DNA of 64,000 nucleotides from Candidatus Moraniibacteriota bacterium (GTDB lineage Bacteria; Patescibacteriota; Minisyncoccia; Moranbacterales; DUUL01): NCBI GenBank assembly GCA_041596615.1, contig JBFHIG010000001.1, positions 77,382-141,381 of the forward strand, in the 5' to 3' direction. Below, piece by piece: positions 56,350 through 64,000 of the stretch (positions within the stretch are counted from its first letter, which is position 1; the number at the start of each line of letters is the position of its first letter). The notes under the pieces were generated by a model. The model saw nothing but the letters and a program-made list of their open reading frames with translations. It was not told where the DNA came from and ran no database searches. The position numbers were made by a program, and so were the translations under genes.

Positions 56350-59034
56350 CTATGAAAGTTGTTTGATGAAATTCTCTGTTTTTTGGATTTTTTCTTTTGC
56401 GGATTCAACTTTTTTTCTCTCTCTTGTGATGACTTCCTTCGGAGCATTTTCAATAAAAGATTTATTTTTAAGCTTCCCCTCAATTGAAACGAGATACTTT
56501 TTGGTATCAATAAGTTCTTTTTCTAAGCGAATCCTTTCTTTTTCAGTATCAATCAAACTGCCCAGAGGAATGTAGATTTCAATTCCATTTTGTGAAATAT
56601 AAACAGAGTTGTGAATTTTATTTCCGCATTCTTTGATTGTTAATTTCTCAACTCCAGTACGCAGGCTTTTTATGAGCATTTCCTGAGAACGAATAAATTC
56701 CGTCTGTTCGCCTGCATAAATAACAACTTCAATTTTTTTGCCTGGTGAAACATTATATTCGGCACGAATGTTTCTAATCGCAGAAATGATCCCTTTCGTT
56801 TTATTAAAGAGATAAAATTCTGAATCATCAAAATCACCAAGAATATTATCATATTTGCTCGTTGAAGGCCATTTTTCTATTAAGAGTAAAGAGCTATTGA
56901 ATTTTTCCCAAATAGTTTCTGTTACAAAAGGAATAAAGGGATGCCAAAGTTTCAAAAGGTCTTTTAAGACAAGCGTTAAAATTTTCTTTTTTTCTGTACT
57001 ATTGTCGAATTTTGTTGCCTCCAGATACCAATCAGCAAGCTCATTCCAGGAAAAATCTCTTAAAAGTTCAGTTGCTTTGGAAAATCTATAGGCTTTTAAG
57101 TCAGAACTAACCTCCGCAATCAGACTTCTGGTTGCTTCTAAAATGGCTTTATCGGGTATTGTCAGGCTTGATTTATCAATAGAAGCGTCATCGACCTGGA
57201 TTGTTTGAATGATGTATCTTGAAATATTCCAAAGCTTGTTTACCATGTTTCTTAGGCTCTCAATTTTTTCTTCAGAAAGTCTAATGTCTTTTCCTGGTGT
57301 GGACCCTATAATCAAGGATAGTCGTGTTGCATCTGTTCCAAATTTTACAATCATATCGAGTGGGTCGATAACATTTCCTTTTGATTTAGACATCTTTTTT
57401 CCATGTTCATCAAGAATGAGACCATGCAAATACACATCTTTAAAAGGAATATCTCCGATTGCATAGGTAGTCATAATAATCATTCTAGCCACCCAGAAAA
57501 ATATAATATCATAACCAGTTTCCAGGACATTGGTGGGATGAAAGTTTTTGAAATCAGTGGAATTAATTTTAAGTTTTCCGTCTACAATTTTCATCTGATC
57601 AGGGTTTTCCGCAAGGGTTGAAAAAGTCCACATCCCTGAAGAAAACCAGGTATCAAGAGTATCTTCGTCCCGAACCCAATCTCCATCATCAGGGGCACTT
57701 TCTCCTACAAAAATTTCTTCGCCTTTATACCAAACAGGAACTCTGTGTCCATACCAAATTTGTCGAGAAATGCACCAATCTCTTAGGTCGTTCATCCAGT
57801 TGAGATAGTTTTTCTCAAAACGTTCAGGGACGATATTTATCTTTTCTTTTCCAAAAACACCACCTTTAATGGCCTCGGTACTAATTTCCTTGATTGATTT
57901 TCCATCCAAACTATCAGTTTTTTTATTAACATTAATAAACCATTGTAAGGAAGGAAGCGGTTCAATTACGGTGTCACAGCGATAGCAAAGAGAGAGTTTA
58001 TGTTCATAATTCTCTTCTATGTGGTCAATTAAACCCATTTTTTGCATATCTTCAACAATAGCTTCTCTGGCTTCAATTGTGGTCATTCCTGCATATTTTC
58101 CACAATTTTCCATCATTTTCCCATCTTCGTTTATGATTTTTTTTGTAGGAATATCATGTCTTAACGCCATTTCACTATCAATAAAGCTATGCGCGGGAGT
58201 TACTTTTACAGCACCAGATCCAAATTCTGGATCAACTGAACGATCCGCAATCACCTTGACTGTAAACTTCCCGAGTACACCCTGAATTTCATATTCTTTT
58301 CCCACCATTTTCTTGTAGCGTTTATCGCCAGGGTGGACCGCAACTGCTGTGTCACCAAGTTTTGTTTCTGGTCGGGCAGTTGCAAGCACGAAAGGGCCAT
58401 ATTTTAGCCAATAAAGTTTGCCAGTCTCCTCTTTGTATTCGACTTCATCATCAGCTAGTGTGCTGTGGCAACGAGGACACCAATTAACCACACGCTCTCC
58501 TCGATAGATCAGCCCATCTTCATACATCAGTTTAAAGACCAAGTTCACAGCTTTGTTTCTGGTTGTATCTAAAGTAAAAGCTTCTCTTGACCAGTCGCAA
58601 GAAGAACCTATTTTTTTAATTTGATTTTCGATAGTATCGTGAGAATTTTGTGCAAACTGATCAACTCGGGCAAGAAATTTTTCTCTGCCCAAGGAGTGTC
58701 TCGAAAGACCTTCATCCTTGATGATTTTTTCAACCTTAGTCTGTGTTGCAATAGCGGCATGATCAGTGCCGGGCAGCCAAAGTGTTCTAAAGCCATTCAT
58801 TCTGTGAAACCGTATTAAAATGTCTTGATATGCTAACATCCCAGCATGTCCCATATGCAAAGTCCCTGTAACATTTGGCGGGGGCATCACAATAGAATAT
58901 TTCTCTGCATTTTTTGAGAGATTAAGATTATCAGGATTAAATGCACCCGAAGATTCCCATTTTTGATAAATTTTTTGCTCATAATCTTTTGGGATATAAG
59001 CTTTTTCAAATTCCAGATTATCTTTTTTTGACAT
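56350..59034 (-). CDS. valS: Valine--tRNA ligase
   Basis: PPPNVTGTLHMGH, WCISRQIWYGH, DTWFSS, KMSKS, C-terminal coiled coil. Confidence 0.98.
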   Translation of the reverse strand: MSKKDNLEFEKAYIPKDYEQKIYQKWESSGAFNPDNLNLSKNAEKYSIVMPPPNVTGTLHMGHAGMLAYQDILIRFHRMNGFRTLWLPGTDHAAIATQTKVEKIIKDEGLSRHSLGREKFLARVDQFAQNSHDTIENQIKKIGSSCDWSREAFTLDTTRNKAVNLVFKLMYEDGLIYRGERVVNWCPRCHSTLADDEVEYKEETGKLYWLKYGPFVLATARPETKLGDTAVAVHPGDKRYKKMVGKEYEIQGVLGKFTVKVIADRSVDPEFGSGAVKVTPAHSFIDSEMALRHDIPTKKIINEDGKMMENCGKYAGMTTIEAREAIVEDMQKMGLIDHIEENYEHKLSLCYRCDTVIEPLPSLQWFINVNKKTDSLDGKSIKEISTEAIKGGVFGKEKINIVPERFEKNYLNWMNDLRDWCISRQIWYGHRVPVWYKGEEIFVGESAPDDGDWVRDEDTLDTWFSSGMWTFSTLAENPDQMKIVDGKLKINSTDFKNFHPTNVLETGYDIIFFWVARMIIMTTYAIGDIPFKDVYLHGLILDEHGKKMSKSKGNVIDPLDMIVKFGTDATRLSLIIGSTPGKDIRLSEEKIESLRNMVNKLWNISRYIIQTIQVDDASIDKSSLTIPDKAILEATRSLIAEVSSDLKAYRFSKATELLRDFSWNELADWYLEATKFDNSTEKKKILTLVLKDLLKLWHPFIPFVTETIWEKFNSSLLLIEKWPSTSKYDNILGDFDDSEFYLFNKTKGIISAIRNIRAEYNVSPGKKIEVVIYAGEQTEFIRSQEMLIKSLRTGVEKLTIKECGNKIHNSVYISQNGIEIYIPLGSLIDTEKERIRLEKELIDTKKYLVSIEGKLKNKSFIENAPKEVITRERKKVESAKEKIQKTENFIKQLS

Positions 59035-59052
59035 TTCTATGTGAAGTTAAAA

Positions 59053-60456
59053 CTAGTTACCTTTTGCTGATTTTTTTGGTTTATTTATCCTAGTAATCTT
59101 AGCCGATGAGTGAAAAAATGCAAGACAAACCCAGAAAATAAGGATTCCTTGAGGTAGTGTCCAAAAATAATGGTCTGCAAAACCAAGCACTAAAAAAGCA
59201 AAGAAGCATAAAATAAATGGGTTGTGAAGCCTTCCAAAAAAACCCTTTTTGAAAATTTGCCCTAAGTGAACAAGGAGATAAAGAAATAGCGCCAAGCCAA
59301 TTAATCCAACTTCACTAGCAATTAAAAGATATAGGTTGTGCACCGGTTGTTGGGCCCAAGAGGTAATTTTCTTAGAAGCTTTTTCTTTTTGAAAAGTAAC
59401 AAAGTTCCCCATACCAACTCCTTGCAACGGATGTAAGACGATCTCAGAGTGGGCTGTTTTTAGGTACTCCACGCGCAAATTTATAGAATTGTCATTCGCA
59501 CAATGGTTAAAGCAAATACGAGGTGAGAGGGTGTTATAGGAAACAAAAAGCAATGAAAAGAGCAACAATATACTGAAAGTTCCTTGTAACACTCTTGGTA
59601 TATAAAAATGCTCATAAATTTGTCTAAACACCAAAAAAAACTTCTCTTTATGAACGATTATAAGAATTAGTATAAAAATAAATAACACCAGAATTACGGA
59701 ACGAGAATAAGAAAAAACAATACCAGTAATAATTATAGCCAGAGAGCTGGGCAAAAAAATATTTAAAACCTTAGACTTTTTTGAGATATTGGCATAGATA
59801 ACAAGCCAAATTCCGGCCGCAAAGGCAAGTAGTAAAAAAGCCGCAAAAACATTGGGGTGGGGGAATGTTCCGTATGCTCTGATTATTTTACTTCCAGCCA
59901 CTTCAAACTTAGCAACACCAGGAATTGTATTTGCAATGGTGCTTTCCCCAAGAAGCTTTAAGCCAATTGATTTTTGAAAAACGAACTGTAATATACCAAT
60001 AACACTTTGAATTACCCCTGAAACAAGTAAGGCAAAAGAGGCATAAATAAAAGATTTTCGCTTATATTCAAATACCTTGCGCAAGACTAAGAAAGTTAAA
60101 ATGGCCATTAAAATACGACTTGTTACATAGGCAGCAACTAACAAGTCTGTTGCAAAAAAAACAGAGAAAACTAGCCATACAATAAACAAAGAAAGGGGGT
60201 TTTTAAATAATTTTAAATAATTTTTCTCCTTAGAAATAGGTTTTTTGGAGAAAAATATTTCATAGCAAAGGGATAAAAATAACAAAAGAAAAGAAATATC
60301 AAAAAAAAAGAGTGAAAATGAGACATTTTCACGGAATCCATCAATTTGTTGTATCTGATCAAAATTGAAAATAGTCCTGATATTAAAAGGAATTGTCGCT
60401 AAAAAAAGCAACGCAGATAGTAGAGGTGCGTATCTTAAAGTTTTTTTTATGTTCAT
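59053..60456 (-). CDS. O-antigen ligase (Wzy_C) family protein
   Basis: RAYGTFPHPN, SYSRS, GVGMGNF, PVHNLYL..SEVG. Confidence 0.88.
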   Translation of the reverse strand: MNIKKTLRYAPLLSALLFLATIPFNIRTIFNFDQIQQIDGFRENVSFSLFFFDISFLLLFLSLCYEIFFSKKPISKEKNYLKLFKNPLSLFIVWLVFSVFFATDLLVAAYVTSRILMAILTFLVLRKVFEYKRKSFIYASFALLVSGVIQSVIGILQFVFQKSIGLKLLGESTIANTIPGVAKFEVAGSKIIRAYGTFPHPNVFAAFLLLAFAAGIWLVIYANISKKSKVLNIFLPSSLAIIITGIVFSYSRSVILVLFIFILILIIVHKEKFFLVFRQIYEHFYIPRVLQGTFSILLLFSLLFVSYNTLSPRICFNHCANDNSINLRVEYLKTAHSEIVLHPLQGVGMGNFVTFQKEKASKKITSWAQQPVHNLYLLIASEVGLIGLALFLYLLVHLGQIFKKGFFGRLHNPFILCFFAFLVLGFADHYFWTLPQGILIFWVCLAFFHSSAKITRINKPKKSAKGN

Positions 60457-60624
60457 TTTTATCGAAGAGTTTTTATTTTAAATAAATTCCAAAAAAGAAT
60501 GTTTTTCCGCTATATATATATTCATTTTTATGCCAGAAAAAATCTTTCAATTCTTGCACCTGAAGTATAAAGTATTGGCCCTGGAAGTTCAAGTTTACAA
60601 AACACTTGCCAAATATTTGATTTT

Positions 60625-62229
60625 ATGCTATATTATAATAATTTCGAAATTAGGGTAAAAGAAAGTCTAAATTTTTTAATTTATAGTAAAGTGGAATTGG
60701 TAAATTTTGTTAAGAGCACTTTCAAGGAAACCGCGATTACTTTAGCAACTGGAATAGTTGCTTTTGCATTACTTCTTGTTACAACATTAAATTTTACATT
60801 AGCTGCAGCAACTTTGCTGTTGTTTGTTTCAGTTGCTGTTTTTCAAAAAAGCTTTTCGAGGGGTTGGCTTTTTCTTTTTTTGATCGTAATTATGTTCCCT
60901 TCGACTAAAATAACGCCACATGTTGCAACTATTTCAGATATTCTTTTGACCCTGCTTGCGGTTATAGGCTTAATTTCTATTGTTTTTGAAAATGTAAAGG
61001 TCTCTTTAAATAAGTTGACTTTTTATTTTTTATTACTACTAATATCGGGTGTAAGTATAGTATTCTTTGGAAAATATTTTGGGGTTGAAATTGACAGTAG
61101 TGTTTGGTCGCTCAGCTTTTCAATTCTCTTCTATTGGTTAACTTTGACAACCTTTCATTATTTTTTTCAAACACAAAAGCGTTTAAAAAGATTTTTTAGC
61201 ATTCTTATAACCGCTGGCGTTGCCCATTCGCTTTTTGGGATTATAGCTTTTTTTACCTCATGGCAATCCTCTAGTGGATTAGGAATTTCCACCGGTAAAG
61301 TTCAAAATTTAATTTTTTCCTCTGTTAAATGTCAAATAAATGGATTTTTAGGTGATGGATTTATTTTGAGGATTGGGGCAAATGCTCTTGCGCCACTGCT
61401 TTTAATTTCAATTACGATTACAATTGGAATGTTGATAAGCGCTAAAAAAAGAGCAAAGAGAGTCAGACCACTAAGTATAATTGAGGAAAAGGCGAAGCTT
61501 TTTGATTCTGCATATTCAATCGAGAGAGCCAATTTTTTGAAAGAAAAGTTGTTTCAAAAGATAAAAGAAAGTTTTGTGCGTGAAAATATTTCCAAATTTT
61601 TGCGAAGCAAGGCAATGTTGAGCTTGTTGTTAATAGTTCAGGTCATAGCACTCATATTAACTTTTTCATATGTAGCATTAATTGCTCTAGGGATTGGTCT
61701 TTTTATTATAGGAATACTTTTGAGAAATGCTCGTCTGATTTCAGTAACGGCAAGTTTTTTAATTGTTTTGACCTTGGTCTTGCCAGCTTTTCGTCCTATG
61801 GATACTCAGCAAAAGGACGGTTTGCAGAATTGGTTTTCTGGTTTTGAGCAAGTGAAACAAAATTTTATTTGGGGGAGTGGATGGAAGGTGGATAAAGAAA
61901 ATCAAATTGGAAGTGAAGAGAGAATACATAATTCTTATCTAGTGATTTGGAACAATTTTGGTTTAATTGGAATAACAATCTTTCTGGGAGCCTTATATCA
62001 ATACTTTAAGGATTTAAGGTCGGTATACATCCGATCTGATGGTGTAAAAAGGATTTGGTTAGTAGCAATTATAGCTATTTATTTTGAATTTTTGTTGATG
62101 GGCCTAACTAGTAACACGTTGTTATTTGGACCAGCAGCCTTAGTTTTTTGGGTTTTGTATGGAGCAGTACTTAATCTAAAACAGCGACAAATTATTTTTG
62201 GACTCACAGAAACAAGATTAATAAATTAA
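60625..62229 (+). CDS. O-antigen ligase-like multi-TM protein (true start probably near 60691)
   Basis: About 14 TMs, FIWGSGW, IHNSYL..NNFGLIG. Confidence 0.7.
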   Translation: MLYYNNFEIRVKESLNFLIYSKVELVNFVKSTFKETAITLATGIVAFALLLVTTLNFTLAAATLLLFVSVAVFQKSFSRGWLFLFLIVIMFPSTKITPHVATISDILLTLLAVIGLISIVFENVKVSLNKLTFYFLLLLISGVSIVFFGKYFGVEIDSSVWSLSFSILFYWLTLTTFHYFFQTQKRLKRFFSILITAGVAHSLFGIIAFFTSWQSSSGLGISTGKVQNLIFSSVKCQINGFLGDGFILRIGANALAPLLLISITITIGMLISAKKRAKRVRPLSIIEEKAKLFDSAYSIERANFLKEKLFQKIKESFVRENISKFLRSKAMLSLLLIVQVIALILTFSYVALIALGIGLFIIGILLRNARLISVTASFLIVLTLVLPAFRPMDTQQKDGLQNWFSGFEQVKQNFIWGSGWKVDKENQIGSEERIHNSYLVIWNNFGLIGITIFLGALYQYFKDLRSVYIRSDGVKRIWLVAIIAIYFEFLLMGLTSNTLLFGPAALVFWVLYGAVLNLKQRQIIFGLTETRLIN

Positions 62230-62276
62230 TCCTAACCAAGGGTGGATATTTCTATTAAAAAGTTTAATTTAAACAT

Positions 62277-63662
62277 ATGCTAGATAATCAAGAAAAGAGA
62301 CGTCAAAATAAATTTTTATTGAAATTTTGGGTTATCGCAATCATATTTTTGACAGGGTGGTATTTTTTCCTGCAAATAGGGGCAGATAAAATTGTTTCAA
62401 TTAGCAAGGTTGCAAATTCAGTGGTTAATGTTTTGCCGATTGAAAAGGAAAGGAAAGAGGAACTCACTACGATTTTTAGTATAATTCCAGAAATAGCAAC
62501 AAAGGAGGAGAAGACTTTTCTGATTTTGTTTCAAAACAATAACGAATTGCGCCCAGGAGGTGGCTATATAGGATCTTTTGGGATTTTGAAAATTAAGGGA
62601 GAAAAGGTTGTTGCAATTGACACACATGATACAAATATCTTTGATTCTGGGAGTGAGACAAAGATAAAACCACCTTTCCCAATGAAAGAATTTTTAAAAA
62701 TTTCTGATTGGGAATTGAGGGACTCAAACTGGTCTCCTGATTTTGCAACAAATGCTACTCGCGCCGAAGAATTATATCATCTTGAGGGCGGAGAAGAACA
62801 GCTCGATGGAGTAGTGGCTATTTCAACAAAATTGTTACCTTCCTTTTTGGAAATAACGGGCCCAGTGGCGATTGCTGGTTTTCCTGGTGAATATAATTCT
62901 GAAAATGCCATTGAAAAACTTCAATATCAAGTTGAAAAGGGCTATGTGGACCAAGAGATATTAGAGGGAGAACGAAAATATATAATGAAAGATTTAGCAA
63001 AAGCAATTTTAGCAAAGGCTGAAAAAATAAGTCTTTCGAATAAAAAGAGCCTGCTTGAAAAAATGGAAAAACATTTGAATGAAAAAGATGTGATGGTTTA
63101 TTTTAAGGACCCTGAGCTTCAAAAGAAAATCAAAAAGCTTGGCTGGGATGGAGATTTGAGGGACGCCGAAAAAGATTTCTTGATGATGGTTGATGCAAAC
63201 TTAGCTTCATATAAAACAGACCAAGTTATAAAGCGTACATTTGATTATACAGTTGATTTCTCCCGTCAAAAACCACGAGCAACTCTAGATATCACTTATA
63301 GCCACACGGGAAGAGAGAGTACTTGGAATATTAAAGAGTATACTTCGTATCTAAGAATTTTTGTTCCAAATGAAAGTTGGCTAGTAACATCAGAAAACAT
63401 TTCACAACTTAAATACGGCACGGAAAACAATAAGAAATTTTTTGGTGGAATTGTAAATGTTCCAATGGGGACGATAAGAACTGTGTCATTTGTTTATGAT
63501 TTACCAGAAAACATAACCTTTGAAGATTATAAAATTCTAATTCAAAAACAATCGGGCATCCCTTCTGTTAAGGGTAAAATTAAGATTATTGATGAAGATG
63601 GGAAGGGGACTGGGTATGCTGTGGAGTTAAAAGAAGATTGGGAAATTAGCAGAAACGAATAA
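62277..63662 (+). CDS. DUF4012 domain protein
   Basis: LILFQNNNELRPGGGYIGS, RDSNWSPDF, YLRIFVP, QKQSG. Confidence 0.85.
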   Translation: MLDNQEKRRQNKFLLKFWVIAIIFLTGWYFFLQIGADKIVSISKVANSVVNVLPIEKERKEELTTIFSIIPEIATKEEKTFLILFQNNNELRPGGGYIGSFGILKIKGEKVVAIDTHDTNIFDSGSETKIKPPFPMKEFLKISDWELRDSNWSPDFATNATRAEELYHLEGGEEQLDGVVAISTKLLPSFLEITGPVAIAGFPGEYNSENAIEKLQYQVEKGYVDQEILEGERKYIMKDLAKAILAKAEKISLSNKKSLLEKMEKHLNEKDVMVYFKDPELQKKIKKLGWDGDLRDAEKDFLMMVDANLASYKTDQVIKRTFDYTVDFSRQKPRATLDITYSHTGRESTWNIKEYTSYLRIFVPNESWLVTSENISQLKYGTENNKKFFGGIVNVPMGTIRTVSFVYDLPENITFEDYKILIQKQSGIPSVKGKIKIIDEDGKGTGYAVELKEDWEISRNE

Positions 63663-63675
63663 GACAAAAAATAGC

Positions 63676-63709
63676 AAAAAGATCTGGTTTTAAGAGCTAG
63701 ATCTTTTTT
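63676..63709 (+). terminator. Intrinsic terminator
   Basis: AAAAAGATCTGGTTTT-AAGAGCTAGATCTTTTTT. Confidence 0.7.
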
Positions 63710-63801
63710 GTTTATACAAAACTAGATTTTTGGAATGCTTTTAAAAATAAACTTCACGTGCTAAAATTATTTTACTTAACTAATTCTAAGATAAATAGCT
63801 A

Positions 63802-64000
63802 ATGGATTTTATTAAAACAAAGCTTGGAGGAGCTTTCCTTGTTCAACCAAAAGTATTTGAAGATCACAGGGGTTTTTTCTTTGAATCATATTCCAAAAAA
63901 ATTTTTGCAGAAAATGGGATTGTAGATGATTTTGTGCAAGACAATCATTCACTTTCAGTTGAGAAGGGCGTCTTGAGAGGGTTGCATTTTCAACTTCCAC
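63802..64000 (+). CDS. rmlC: dTDP-4-dehydrorhamnose 3,5-epimerase, 3'-partial (not in ORF track)
   Basis: Hand translation MDFIKTKLGGAFLVQPKVFEDHRGFFFESY...FVQDNHSLS..GVLRGLHFQ. Confidence 0.95.
   Translation, partial: MDFIKTKLGGAFLVQPKVFEDHRGFFFESYSKKIFAENGIVDDFVQDNHSLSVEKGVLRGLHFQLP

Noticed and set aside
1-64000. Alternative genetic code (UGA=Gly), or a DGR, retron, prophage or defence system
   Set aside because: Conserved genes are full length in code 11 and several end in TGA; no RT, integrase, phage structural or recognisable defence ORFs seen

Overview
AT-rich bacterial chromosome segment using the standard genetic code. Gene content points to Patescibacteria/CPR, probably Parcubacteria; this is inferred from a RelA/SpoT ending at TGS, the valS-PrsW-Hsp20-VanW block, a DUF4012-like gene, dnaB-recR adjacency and tRNA-Arg(UCG). 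It is mostly housekeeping: mscL, rpmE, purM, mtaB, groES, frr, rseP, proS, mreBCD-mrdA, yebC, ruvC, dnaB, recR, dusB, cysS, cysM, corA, yidD, relA, LCP/glycosyltransferases, ctpA, yvcK, valS, two O-antigen-ligase-like genes, partial rmlC and seven tRNAs. No CRISPR array, integrase, transposase or reverse transcriptase is visible. The most unusual signal is non-coding: (1) nested mini-repeats, in which a 24-bp GC-rich element sits at the same TA^CAA loop position of two REP-like hairpins 40 kb apart, with empty host hairpins also present; (2) a 171-bp tRNA-Ala-linked repeat that regenerates the tRNA 3' end; (3) an identical 26-bp tandem palindrome beside two tRNA-modification genes; (4) a Cys T-box riboswitch with an apparently truncated Stem I ahead of cysM-cysS. 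All calls were made by eye; no database searches or folding computations were run.
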